In this document: one piece after another, positions 51,590 through 61,055 of the stretch
Layout of the letters: each line of letters begins with the position of its first letter
Numbering within the stretch: the stretch's first letter is position 1
NCBI GenBank assembly: GCA_001792345.1
Contig: MGGJ01000001.1
Coordinates: 217,710 to 281,709, forward strand
Reading direction: 5' to 3'
DNA length: 64,000 nt
Origin: Candidatus Woesebacteria bacterium RIFCSPHIGHO2_01_FULL_39_32
Lineage (GTDB): Bacteria; Patescibacteriota; Microgenomatia; UBA8517
Made by a program: the position numbers and the translations under genes
Notes under the pieces: generated by a model
Seen by the model: the letters and a program-made list of their open reading frames with translations, nothing else
Database searches by the model: none
Told to the model about the DNA's origin: nothing

Positions 51590-52287
51590 AACTTTTGGCC
51601 AAATTAAAAATTCCATTTACAATAATTGTTGCCGGCCTTCTGATTTCAGTAATTTCTGGATTAATAAAAATAAGAGAAATTTCCTGTGAAAATCAAAATG
51701 GAGAATGTAGTCGTGGAGTTACGCAAAAATTTACTGAGGCAAAGGGCCTGCCATATTCTTCTGCAAAAAATAAGTTAACAGAAATGCTGCAGAGTAATGT
51801 TGCTGTCAAAAAATATACTATTCATTTCCAAATTCCGGCGAAACTTGAAGTTAATATTATTGAAAGTAAACCAAAATATGCGCTTAAAAATTCTACTTCG
51901 AATATTTTTTCATTGGTGGGGGAAGACGGTAGAGTAATTTCTCAGGCCGAATCGTCAGATCTCCCGACATTATTTGTTGAAAAAGATTTACACCCAACTA
52001 CCCAAACAATTGATATGGAAACTCTTTTTGCTTCTGAAATAGTATTTTCGATATCAAATATTCATAAATTTAAAAGCGCACGTCTTGAGGGAGGTAAATT
52101 GATCGTTGAAGTAGTAGAAGGTCCTACTGTAATATTTCCACTTGAGGGAGATAGAGAAATACTCTTAGGGTCATACGTACTGGTTACGGATGAGTTGAAG
52201 AAGGAAGGAATTGGTTCTACAATAAAAAATCCTAGGATTATTGATTTACGGTTCAAAAATCCGATTTTAAAGTATGTCCAAAAATAA
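51586..52287 (+). CDS. FtsQ/DivIB-like protein
   Basis: Single TM, POTRA-like region, C-terminal IDLRFKNPI; between murG and ftsA. Confidence 0.7.
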   Translation: MKLLAKLKIPFTIIVAGLLISVISGLIKIREISCENQNGECSRGVTQKFTEAKGLPYSSAKNKLTEMLQSNVAVKKYTIHFQIPAKLEVNIIESKPKYALKNSTSNIFSLVGEDGRVISQAESSDLPTLFVEKDLHPTTQTIDMETLFASEIVFSISNIHKFKSARLEGGKLIVEVVEGPTVIFPLEGDREILLGSYVLVTDELKKEGIGSTIKNPRIIDLRFKNPILKYVQK

Positions 52288-53548
52288 AATCATTGCAGGA
52301 ATAGAACTGGGCTCTTCTAAAGTTGCCACAATTATCGCTCAAATTAATGTTGATAGTGTTAGTTTTGAAAGGTCTGTAAATTTAATTGGTGTTTCCTCAA
52401 TTGAATCAAGGGGGGTAAAAAAGGGTCAAATCGTAGATATAGATGAAGCGGTCGAATCAATGATAGCAGGTGTGGAGGCAGCAGAGAGGATGGCGGGGTA
52501 TAACCTGGATAATGCTTACATTTCTTTGGGTGGAGGGCATGTTTCTTCTCAAAATTCCCACGGAGTTGTTGCAGTTTCGGATCCCGACGGAGAAATTTCG
52601 GAAGAAGACGTCGCCCGAGTGATAGAGGCGGCTAGTGCAATTTCTCTTCCGTCATCAAGGGAGCTAATCCATGTTTTACCTCGAGAGTTTGTTGTCGATG
52701 GTGAAGTCGGAGTAAAAGATGCAGTAGGAATGAGTGGAGTTCGCTTGGAAGTGCAAACGCATCTGATTACGGCATCAGGCGCTGCCGTAAAAAATCTAAG
52801 AAAAGCAGTTAATGAGGTTGGAATAACTGTAAATGAGCTAGTCTTTTCCGGTTTGGCTTCAAGCGAGGCGGTTCTAACCAAGACGGAAAAAGAACTTGGA
52901 TGCGTATTAATTGATATTGGGGGCGGAACGACCTCTATTGCCACTTTTGTTGACGGGGCATTAAGTTTTTCGGCTGTCCTTCCCATTGGAGCAAAAAATG
53001 TAACGAACGATTTAGCAATAGGCTTAAGGGTTTCTTTGGAATCTGCCGAAAAAATAAAACTGGAACTCTCCAAAGAAGAGAAAAAGACAAAAAAGATAAA
53101 AGATGCTTCTGGTGATGAATTTGACTTGCAATCAATTGGAATAACCGAAGCTAGAAAGGTTTCTAAAAAAACTCTTACGGATGGTATTATTCGACCGCGG
53201 CTTAACGAAATTTTTACAATGGTGAAACTTGCTCTTGATAGGGAGGGACTTTCGGCCTTAATTCCGGCTGGAGCGATCTTAACCGGGGGGGGTGCTGAGA
53301 CCGTAGGTAGCCTGGAAGCGGCAAAAAGGATGATGTCGCTTCCGGTAAGAATAGGTAAACCTAAGGGCGTCGGAGGATTAATAGATGATGTAATTGATCC
53401 TGTCTTTGCAACTCCGGTTGGATTGGTGTTATACGCAGCTAAACAATCAAATGACGAGTCATTGACAAGCATAGGACGAAAGTTTAAACTGCCCTCGAAA
53501 GGTGTTGTAGGAAAACTTTTAGAAACGCTTAAGGATCTTCTGCCCTAA
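52274..53548 (+). CDS. ftsA: Cell division protein FtsA
   Basis: ELGSSKV, KKGQI, GMSGVRLE, DIGGGTT, LTGGG. Confidence 0.95.
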   Translation: MSKNKIIAGIELGSSKVATIIAQINVDSVSFERSVNLIGVSSIESRGVKKGQIVDIDEAVESMIAGVEAAERMAGYNLDNAYISLGGGHVSSQNSHGVVAVSDPDGEISEEDVARVIEAASAISLPSSRELIHVLPREFVVDGEVGVKDAVGMSGVRLEVQTHLITASGAAVKNLRKAVNEVGITVNELVFSGLASSEAVLTKTEKELGCVLIDIGGGTTSIATFVDGALSFSAVLPIGAKNVTNDLAIGLRVSLESAEKIKLELSKEEKKTKKIKDASGDEFDLQSIGITEARKVSKKTLTDGIIRPRLNEIFTMVKLALDREGLSALIPAGAILTGGGAETVGSLEAAKRMMSLPVRIGKPKGVGGLIDDVIDPVFATPVGLVLYAAKQSNDESLTSIGRKFKLPSKGVVGKLLETLKDLLP

Positions 53549-53643
53549 TGATAGGATACTAAGATATTAGGATAATATATTGAAATTCTAAATAAATAGT
53601 TGTATTTTAGACTTCAATACACTAGAATCTGTCCACAAAAGGT

Positions 53644-54792
53644 ATGGCTTTAGTTAAACCGGATTCAGCTAGAGTTGCTAAAATTAAGGTAATCGGAATT
53701 GGTGGCGGTGGAAGTAACGCCGTCGCTTCCATGATTGAAGGTAATGACGTAACGGGCGTTGAATTTATTTCCGTAAATACAGACGCACAGGTTCTTCTTG
53801 CCAATAAATCTCCCACTAAACTTCAGATTGGAGAAAAACTTACTAAAGGATTGGGCTCCGGTGGAGATCCGGAAGTCGGAGTACAAGCTGCTGAGGAGTC
53901 AAAAGATAGAATTAAAGAGCTTCTAATTGATTCTGATATGGTTTTTATTACATCTGGTATGGGTGGAGGAACAGGTACAGGTGCATCTCCTGTTATTGCA
54001 AATATTGCCAAAGAGGTTGGCGCACTTACTGTAGCAATTGTTACTAAACCCTTCCATTTTGAAGGGACAAGACGCTCTGTCGTAGCAGAGGAGGGGATAG
54101 AAAAACTACGTGAACAGGTAGATACCTTGATTGTTATTCCAAACCAGCGCTTGATGGATGTAATTGACAGGAAAATGACCCTCTTGGAAGCATTCAAAGT
54201 AGCGGATTCGGTTCTTGGTCAGGCTGTATCGGGAATTGCCGATATCATCACTACCCCGGGACTCATTAACGTTGACTTTGCAGATGTGAAGACTATTATG
54301 AGTGACTCAGGAACAGCCCTACTGGGAATCGGAACCGGAGTAGGGGAAAATAGAGCTCAGATGGCAGCCCGCGCGTCGATTTCTTCACCACTTCTTGATT
54401 TGTCTATAGAAGGTGCAACAGGAGTGCTTTTCAATATTACAGGAGGAAATGATCTTACGATGTTTGAGGTAGATGAGGCTGCCCGAATTATATCTTCTTC
54501 TGCCGATGCCGATGCAAATATTATTTTCGGTGCAGTTATTAAGGAAGACCTGGCTGACCAGATTAGAATAACCGTAGTTGCCACAGGTTTTGATGAAACA
54601 AGAGCAAGAATAGCACAATTTACTCAGCCAAAAGTGACCCCGACTATTCAAGGGGTTGTAAGTGAAGCTCCGAAAGAGGAAGAGGAAGCGGAGGAAAAGG
54701 AAGACGAAGAAGAACCACCCATGGGTGAAGGCGAAGACGACGTCTTCGGTGAAAAATTTGAAATACCGGCATTCCTTCGAAAGATTACCTAA
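53644..54792 (+). CDS. ftsZ: Cell division protein FtsZ
   Basis: GGGGSNA, NTD, GMGGGTGTG, INVDFADV, C-terminal EIPAFLR. Confidence 0.98.
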   Translation: MALVKPDSARVAKIKVIGIGGGGSNAVASMIEGNDVTGVEFISVNTDAQVLLANKSPTKLQIGEKLTKGLGSGGDPEVGVQAAEESKDRIKELLIDSDMVFITSGMGGGTGTGASPVIANIAKEVGALTVAIVTKPFHFEGTRRSVVAEEGIEKLREQVDTLIVIPNQRLMDVIDRKMTLLEAFKVADSVLGQAVSGIADIITTPGLINVDFADVKTIMSDSGTALLGIGTGVGENRAQMAARASISSPLLDLSIEGATGVLFNITGGNDLTMFEVDEAARIISSSADADANIIFGAVIKEDLADQIRITVVATGFDETRARIAQFTQPKVTPTIQGVVSEAPKEEEEAEEKEDEEEPPMGEGEDDVFGEKFEIPAFLRKIT

Positions 54793-54984
54793 TTAACTCT
54801 TCCTGTTTTTTGTATCACCATTACTTAGTTGGTTTTCGAGTATTTTTTCTATTTCAGAAACATTTGTTTCTTTGAGCATTTCTCGTAGTTCTCTATCCAT
54901 TTTCTTGTTCACGCGACCCGAGTGTATTTGGCTTGCCAGAAGATGTAGAGCTTTCGTTAATTCTTTTTCGGAAATAAGTATCAT
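54793..54984 (-). CDS. Small hypothetical protein
   Basis: 63-aa ORF convergent with ftsZ, stops abut. Confidence 0.45.
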   Translation of the reverse strand: MILISEKELTKALHLLASQIHSGRVNKKMDRELREMLKETNVSEIEKILENQLSNGDTKNRKS

Positions 54985-55033
54985 CTGTAAAAGGAGTTCA
55001 CTCCTTAGGCAATGTCGGCAGACTTCTCCATAA

Positions 55034-56218
55034 TCAGTCCGTTTCTATAACAGGCGGCTCTTTTTTGACATAACTATTTTCAATTGAGGCTACCATTCTC
55101 CTTAATATTATCGGTTCTACCATGTTATGACCTCCGACCGGATCATATACAAGTGTTGCATTTTGAAGGCTGGTGCTTGCTTGGTATCCCATTGCGCGAA
55201 CTACGGCATCGTTTTTTTTGAAATAACAAACTGTTCGGACACTGTCGGGTATTCTACTTAAGACAGATTCCCAGTCAATCTCCCTGATTCTGTCAACTAG
55301 CGATGCGAAGCTTTTGGGTGTATTTTCTAAGACAAAAGAGACCATATTTTGCTCATCTATATCTTTATCTAAAAGAAATGCAAAAACTTCTCTGGCTTGT
55401 CTAATAGCAGATTGTGGAGTATCAGATAGTTTTCGTACTACTTTGATAACTTTAGAAAATGCTATCGGGTAGTCTCTGTCATTAGCTTTATATGGAGATG
55501 ATATTGTAATTAGATTGGCCACCTTATCCGGGTGGTTAGAAGCAAGTACTGCCCCCACTAAACCGCCTAGCGAATGGCCTACAACAGTAACCGGTCCATT
55601 TATTCCCATTTTTTTCAATTCGTCAAAAACAAATTCGGCGACATTTTCCATATTTACATCTTGTCCTACCAATTTGTTTGGTCTCTTTTCATGCACCGGA
55701 ACGCGAGAGTTGATATCTATGCCTCTTACGACTTCTCCTTCTTCCCTTACCATATCTAAGTTTCCAGTGCCTACCCACCACTCACCAGCCTTAAAAATAT
55801 TTTCAACTACATCAGGATCCTCCGGTATTTTTTGATCGAACTTTGGCAAGGATATTGCAACCATTCGGATATGCATATTAGGATTTAAATTTCTAAGTTC
55901 CTTGATCCAAAGGCGCCACATTTCTGCGTTACGCCCCTGGCCATGTAGAAAGACTATGGCGTGAGGCACTACTGCCTCTTGAAGTTCTGTGTCGGGAAAG
56001 GATCGCTCGAAACTTTGAGTGAATTCCGTCTCTGCAGCTTTTTGTTGTACTATCTGCTCTTTGTTTTTCCTCAGTATTCCAGGTATTGACCGCAAATAGT
56101 CCATCAAAACACTTCTTTCCTCTACTGGTTCTAATGAGGTGTCCCTGGGAGGCTCGCCAATAATACGAATATTTGCGGAAACTTGAGTATCGGTTTCTGC
56201 AAATTCAGTTTGTTCCAT
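55034..56218 (-). CDS. Alpha/beta hydrolase
   Basis: FLHGQG, GHSLGG, D, GGH; promoter TTGCTT-17-TATACT upstream. Confidence 0.85.
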   Translation of the reverse strand: MEQTEFAETDTQVSANIRIIGEPPRDTSLEPVEERSVLMDYLRSIPGILRKNKEQIVQQKAAETEFTQSFERSFPDTELQEAVVPHAIVFLHGQGRNAEMWRLWIKELRNLNPNMHIRMVAISLPKFDQKIPEDPDVVENIFKAGEWWVGTGNLDMVREEGEVVRGIDINSRVPVHEKRPNKLVGQDVNMENVAEFVFDELKKMGINGPVTVVGHSLGGLVGAVLASNHPDKVANLITISSPYKANDRDYPIAFSKVIKVVRKLSDTPQSAIRQAREVFAFLLDKDIDEQNMVSFVLENTPKSFASLVDRIREIDWESVLSRIPDSVRTVCYFKKNDAVVRAMGYQASTSLQNATLVYDPVGGHNMVEPIILRRMVASIENSYVKKEPPVIETD

Positions 56219-56317
56219 CTAAAATATAAAAAAGTATATTATAAGTTCTGTAATTAAGCAATAAATCTATAAAGAAATATCAATATCTTTTTGTTATACT
56301 TCAAAAAATCCTATATT

Positions 56318-56902
56318 GTGCGATTGAGATTACTCGTTATCGTTCTTTTTATACTTTTGCTTATTGCTGTAGGGATAATAATTTTATTGATCAAACAGCA
56401 AAACTTTTATTTTTCTTTTGAAAAAGCCATCTCACCCACACCGACTTTAACGATAGCACCAACACAGACTCCGACACCTTCTCAAAACCCCACCAAGAAA
56501 GGGGAGTTGAATAAAAATTTTTCGATCCCGCTTACCGATTCTTCGGGTAACTTAGTAAGCGGAATTGAATACACCCTTACCGAATACGAGATAACAGATG
56601 AAATTAGAGTTAAAGGACAAACAGCAAAGGCAATTTCCGGAAGAAAGTTTCTGGTTATTAACATAAAAGTAGATAACCAGTTAGATCGCGTAATCGAGAT
56701 AAATACAAAAGACTATATAAGATTATCTGTCAATAATAGTGATAATTGGCTTGCCCCTGATATTCACAATGATCCCGTGGAAGTACAAGCTTTATCGACT
56801 AAATTTACTCGACTCGGTTTTGCGATTAACGAGAAGGATATGGGTTTTGAATTACAATTAGGAAAATTGAACGGTCAAAAGGAGAACTTACTACTTTTCT
56901 AG
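56318..56902 (+). CDS. Membrane-anchored Ig-like (DUF4352-like) surface protein
   Basis: N-terminal TM, PT-rich linker, KFLVINIKVDN beta-sandwich pattern; start uncertain (56291 or 56318). Confidence 0.65.
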   Translation: MRLRLLVIVLFILLLIAVGIIILLIKQQNFYFSFEKAISPTPTLTIAPTQTPTPSQNPTKKGELNKNFSIPLTDSSGNLVSGIEYTLTEYEITDEIRVKGQTAKAISGRKFLVINIKVDNQLDRVIEINTKDYIRLSVNNSDNWLAPDIHNDPVEVQALSTKFTRLGFAINEKDMGFELQLGKLNGQKENLLLF

Positions 56903-56957
56903 AATTACGGCCTTGATCTTCAAAGTTTTAGCGACGGAGGGAGACAAATTTGAAGAA
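56901..56957 (+). repeat. 57-bp repeat copy 1 (ends in array motif)
   Basis: 47/57 identical to 59899-59955 by manual alignment. Confidence 0.8.
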
Positions 56958-56974
56958 AAATTTGAGATGTTTGT

Positions 56975-57202
56975 CTACTCACTTCCGGTTACAGGTAACT
57001 CTGATTCTGTACTATCAAAAACCACTCCCCCCGTTGATTGTTCGGCTCGTGATTGGTGTACAGCACGCTGAGAGAGTCTTGTGGGATCATTTTCGGCAAT
57101 CCGAGCAGATCCATCCACGAGACAACCCCAGTGTAACCTAGTGTTTAAAGGACAACTTCCGCAAAAGGGACCTGCAGAAAAATGAGGTCTGTCCGCGCTC
57201 AT
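56975..57202 (-). CDS. Small hypothetical protein (CxxC)
   Basis: 75 aa; promoter TTGCGA-17-TAAGGT 5 nt before ATG; stop 17 bp from motif copy 1. Confidence 0.55.
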   Translation of the reverse strand: MSADRPHFSAGPFCGSCPLNTRLHWGCLVDGSARIAENDPTRLSQRAVHQSRAEQSTGGVVFDSTESELPVTGSE

Positions 57203-57313
57203 ATTTAACCTTAAACAGTTAAGTGGTAATTCGCAATAAGCAATAATCTATCTTCCCGTGGAAAAGTATTATTATTACAAACAAATTTGAAGAGAAATAC
57301 TTTATTTATTTTA

Positions 57314-57466
57314 TTATCTGTTACGTATACCTTGAGTTGGCGTTGCTTCTTCCATTAATAATTCCGCGGATTGTGTAAGATAACTTAAACCATAAGCCGG
57401 GTCAAACTCTTCGAACGGATCTTTATCGGGGTTAATTGCCTTCAGTTCCCCTACAACCTCGTCCAT
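57314..57466 (-). CDS. 50-aa ORF not in track (MDEVVGELKAINPDK...)
   Basis: Manual translation; N-terminus matches an internal segment of the 61056-61322 protein. Confidence 0.35.
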   Translation of the reverse strand: MDEVVGELKAINPDKDPFEEFDPAYGLSYLTQSAELLMEEATPTQGIRNR

Positions 57467-57528
57467 TTTCTAAAAAATTACACTCTTCTGAAAGTCAAGG
57501 AAAGAGGCAAACTTCACTCATATTAAAC

Positions 57529-57723
57529 TTAAGCCTTCTCGATATATTCGATAGCCTCTTGCCCATTTGGGTATGATATTTGTATCTTATCGGTAAAGGG
57601 GCCTACGACTTTTGCAGTCAATTCAAGCCTGACTCCAAATTCTTTTAATTGTGACAATTCGGTAACCCTTTGTAGCGTTTCTTGATTCAAACCTCTTTCA
57701 AAATTTCGATCAGGCCCTACCAT
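57529..57723 (-). CDS. Small hypothetical protein
   Basis: 64 aa; TACAAT 11 nt before ATG. Confidence 0.55.
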   Translation of the reverse strand: MVGPDRNFERGLNQETLQRVTELSQLKEFGVRLELTAKVVGPFTDKIQISYPNGQEAIEYIEKA

Positions 57724-57838
57724 ATATTTGATTAATTGTAATCATAACAAGTCATCTGAAAAAAGCAATTTTTCCTACATACCAGATACATATTCAAAAT
57801 TCTAAATCCGGGGTCAAATTTAGGATAGAATTCGTTAT

Positions 57839-58059
57839 TTACGTTTTCGGAGCTGCCTGTGTATCAGAAGGGGATGTTTCAACAAAATGCGCTGCTTCTT
57901 CTAACGCATCGGGCGATAACATTGATTCAAGCGGTCCTCCCTTCTCAATATCTAAAATTACGCTTTGAATATGAGAACATCAGGACTTCTAATTATTTGA
58001 GCATTTTGTTCAGGGGTTCTTTGATCTGCCGATCCGTGACCTTTAAGTATTTCTACCAT
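57839..58059 (-). pseudogene. Probable frameshifted small gene (~73 codons)
   Basis: TGATAAAAT 7 nt before ATG 58059 (MVEILKGHG...SPDV); continues in adjacent frame (SHIQSVILDIEKGG...APKT*) ending 11 bp from motif copy 2. Confidence 0.4.
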
Positions 58060-58138
58060 AAATGATATTTTATCAGATTAAAAGCTGGTTAAAAATTTAT
58101 TATTGATTTTATTAAACATAGACTTTAAGATGAAAGTT

Positions 58139-58786
58139 ATGAGGAAAATTTCATTCTTATTATCTCTTTTGTTTATTCTACTCTCAACATCTATAGTATT
58201 TGCTAAACCGCCAAATCCCGGAGGCGGCAACGAAGATTTTGTGCCGATACTGTATTCCGTTTGCATCGATCCAGGACACGGTGGAAGTGAGGTAGGATCC
58301 GTAAACGGTAGCTTAAAGGAAAGTACGGTAAATCTTGAAGTTGCGAATCTTTTAAAAAATAAACTTATGAATTATGGCTATAATCCTGGTTTGATTTTTA
58401 TGACGAGAACAGATGATTCTGATAAATCGAATGCAGACAGATATAATTTCTGTAACTCCCAAAAAACTGCAGTTTTGATTTCAATCCATCATAACGGTTC
58501 AAGCGATTCTTCGGTTGATTACACAAGCGCGCTTTATTTCAAAGGTGAAGATAAAGAGATTGCCAATTATGTTACTCAAAACATTTCGCAAAAATTAGTT
58601 CTGCCAAATAATGGAATACGTAGGTATGCATCCGGAGTTTTACTCAAATCGAAAATGCCGGCTACAATTTCAGAAGGATTTTTTCTCACAAGTTCAGACG
58701 AGTATAATCTTATCAAAAATTCCGACAGGCTTGATCAGGAAGCTGAAGCTCTTTTTTCTGCAATCAACACATTCTTCGGGAAATAA
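58139..58786 (+). CDS. Secreted N-acetylmuramoyl-L-alanine amidase (Amidase_3)
   Basis: Signal peptide, IDPGHGG, E, TR, ISIHHN, VL...MPATISEGFF; likely start ATG 58139. Confidence 0.9.
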   Translation: MRKISFLLSLLFILLSTSIVFAKPPNPGGGNEDFVPILYSVCIDPGHGGSEVGSVNGSLKESTVNLEVANLLKNKLMNYGYNPGLIFMTRTDDSDKSNADRYNFCNSQKTAVLISIHHNGSSDSSVDYTSALYFKGEDKEIANYVTQNISQKLVLPNNGIRRYASGVLLKSKMPATISEGFFLTSSDEYNLIKNSDRLDQEAEALFSAINTFFGK

Positions 58787-58793
58787 TCCGAAT

Positions 58794-59840
58794 TCAAAAG
58801 TTTTCTTTTTTCAAATCAAAGCTAACTTTGTAGGTAAATAAGCTTATGTCTTTTTGATCATATAGTGAATATTTAAGTTTTTCTTCAGCATCAAGTACGA
58901 CAACCGTTCCCTTAACTTTTCTTTCTTCAGCCAGATTTCTTTTTACCCAAGAAATATATCTTAAAGTTTGACCGACAACTGCGTCAGAAGACCTTCCTTT
59001 TTTAAGCTCTATAACAAGATATTCCTTGTCGTCTTTTGACTTTGCCAGAATATCAATAAATCCAATATCTGTGGGGTATTGCTGACTTGTTAGTTCATTT
59101 CCCTCACCATATATAAGATCATATTTTTTACCGAATATTGTTTTGTCCCAATTTGCTATAAGAAAGTCTTCAAGGTGTTTTTCCATTCCGAATACGACAG
59201 GATCTTCGATTCCAAGTTCTTTCAATTCTTCCTCGATTTGTTCTTCATTTTCGTCGACCTTTCCTGCAAAAGGACTTGCGCCTGCAATATCCCCAAGCAC
59301 TCCGTCAAGTTGCCACAAACTTATATTGTGCATATTTGATAATTCTAAAAGAACTTCATTAATTTTTTTGAATTTATCACCAAATTTATAGTTTCTTTGA
59401 AAACTCGGAAAAAGGTTAAGTTTTTTAAGAGCAGCCTCACTTTTGGTATTCCAGATACCATATTTTTCAGGGTAAACAACCATAAGAATTGCTGTAATAA
59501 TTGCCCTTCCTATGCCTTTAACCCAGTAACCTCCATTTTCAATAAACTCTGTATTTAAACGCTTCTCTAGGGTTAATTTCTCATCCAATACATGCTTTAA
59601 AAATCGTTTGAGGGCATTCATATCGGAAGTAATAATATTTCCTTGCCTATGAATTCCTTCCCAATGCAGATTGTTTTTAATAAGAAGAAAAGATTTAAAG
59701 TCCTCCTTGGTAAGTTTATCCAAATTTTTGGGTTGAAAAAGCTGACCGTATTTGCCGATAACTTGCTGTTCAGAAGTACCTTGCCACCAAGGATCATTTA
59801 CAGCTTTTTCTTTGATAACCTTCTCAATCACAGAACTCAT
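58794..59840 (-). CDS. NucS/DUF91-like PD-(D/E)XK endonuclease with N-terminal helical domain
   Basis: EKHLEDFL, GFIDILA, VIELKKGRSSDAVVGQTLRY. Confidence 0.85.
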   Translation of the reverse strand: MSSVIEKVIKEKAVNDPWWQGTSEQQVIGKYGQLFQPKNLDKLTKEDFKSFLLIKNNLHWEGIHRQGNIITSDMNALKRFLKHVLDEKLTLEKRLNTEFIENGGYWVKGIGRAIITAILMVVYPEKYGIWNTKSEAALKKLNLFPSFQRNYKFGDKFKKINEVLLELSNMHNISLWQLDGVLGDIAGASPFAGKVDENEEQIEEELKELGIEDPVVFGMEKHLEDFLIANWDKTIFGKKYDLIYGEGNELTSQQYPTDIGFIDILAKSKDDKEYLVIELKKGRSSDAVVGQTLRYISWVKRNLAEERKVKGTVVVLDAEEKLKYSLYDQKDISLFTYKVSFDLKKENF

Positions 59841-59898
59841 ACTATAGGGAATTATACTGCAGGTTTTTTAGTTTGTCGAAAAATTCTTACTTCTTTAC

Positions 59899-59955
59899 AG
59901 AATTATGGCCTTGCCTTTCAAAGCATTAGCGATGGTGGAGGACAAATTTGAAGAA
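59899..59955 (+). repeat. 57-bp repeat copy 2 (ends in array motif)
   Basis: 47/57 identical to 56901-56957. Confidence 0.8.
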
Positions 59956-59958
59956 CTA

Positions 59959-60264
59959 TCAAGGAGCTTGTAGGTGAAGCTTTTTCTCAACTTTGATAAC
60001 ACGTTTTTCTAGTTTGTTGTGCTCCTCGTGAGTGGGAGCGTCATCTTCAAGATACGCAACTGATTTTCCAATCTTATCTAAACGACTGTTAACTTTCTTA
60101 AATCCTTCTCTCATTTCTTTACGAATTGAGTTCTGGCCAGTTTTCATTCTGCCTTCTAGACCATCCACTTTGCTGTTCACTTTCTTAATTTCTACCAGTA
60201 ACTCTTGTTTCAGCACGCTTTGTCCATTCACGATTTTTCGAAATAGACTTTTTACTTCGTCCAT
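59959..60264 (-). CDS. Small coiled-coil protein
   Basis: Heptads, LEKRVIKVEKKL C-terminus; promoter TTGAAT-18-TATACT 7 nt before ATG. Confidence 0.75.
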   Translation of the reverse strand: MDEVKSLFRKIVNGQSVLKQELLVEIKKVNSKVDGLEGRMKTGQNSIRKEMREGFKKVNSRLDKIGKSVAYLEDDAPTHEEHNKLEKRVIKVEKKLHLQAP

Positions 60265-60389
60265 AATTAAAAGTATATATTAAACGATAGTTTTTATTCA
60301 ATAACATTTTTTGGGTTTTGTGACAGAATTGCAGTCGTTTCAACCAGATACAAAACGCGGGGGACAAATTTGAAGAAAATAAAAACTAA

Positions 60390-60599
60390 TTAACGCTCAT
60401 CGTCACCTTTTACTGCAATTTTATTTACTTGTGCTTTAACCTCACCAGGCTTAGAAGAAGTGATATCGATTCTGACTCCCCTTTCAGCTGCCTCTTGCAA
60501 CTTCTCTACTGTCACATTTGTAAGGTCGGCCTCTTTTCCCGCCCTATACAAAGACTGATTAGGAACTCTAGGTTCTCTAAGTTCACTTTCGTCGGGCAT
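60390..60599 (-). CDS. Small hypothetical protein
   Basis: TATAAT 6 nt before ATG 60599 (MPDESELREP...). Confidence 0.6.
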   Translation of the reverse strand: MPDESELREPRVPNQSLYRAGKEADLTNVTVEKLQEAAERGVRIDITSSKPGEVKAQVNKIAVKGDDER

Positions 60600-60690
60600 A
60601 ACTATATTATACATTAACGAGAAAGGCTATCAAAAAAATGTTTTTAGGGGACAAATTTGAAGAAAATATTATTTGCTTCTAAAGAGTAAT

Positions 60691-60975
60691 TTACAAAATC
60701 CCTTTTACATCAAAGATAGTTAAAGTGGGTTCAGCTCCTGCTTCACGAAAAATTAAAATACCAGTAGGAGTTTTTCCCGATTCACGTACCTTTTGTAATG
60801 TTTCCATATCCTTCCAAATACTTATAATCCTCCAGAGACTCGGATTATCAAGACTTTGTATTAGGAAAGACTCGGAAGGACGATTTTTGCTGGTTTTAGC
60901 AAGATTTCGATAGGCGCCCTGCAATGTCTTCCATTTTTTTTCTTTAACAATGCTTTCTAGAGTTGTGATAACCAT
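60691..60975 (-). CDS. ABM-like dimeric alpha/beta-barrel protein
   Basis: Pattern FLIQS.DNP..WRIISIWKD.E.L; promoter TTGCTT-16-TAAACT; start ATG 60975. Confidence 0.65.
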   Translation of the reverse strand: MVITTLESIVKEKKWKTLQGAYRNLAKTSKNRPSESFLIQSLDNPSLWRIISIWKDMETLQKVRESGKTPTGILIFREAGAEPTLTIFDVKGIL

Positions 60976-61055
60976 ACAAAAATAGTTTACAAAAAAATAA
61001 TTAATAAGCAAATCGGTAAAGAAAAACACGGGGTCAAATTTGAAGAAAATATATT

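Noticed and set aside
52549-53472. 307-aa minus-strand ORF
   Set aside because: Antisense shadow of ftsA with Ser/Thr/Pro-rich composition and no motifs.
57399-57406. Partial motif GGGTCAAA (also GGGTCAAAT at 52423 in ftsA)
   Set aside because: Short, inside ORFs and lacking the TTTG(R)AGAA half; likely chance.
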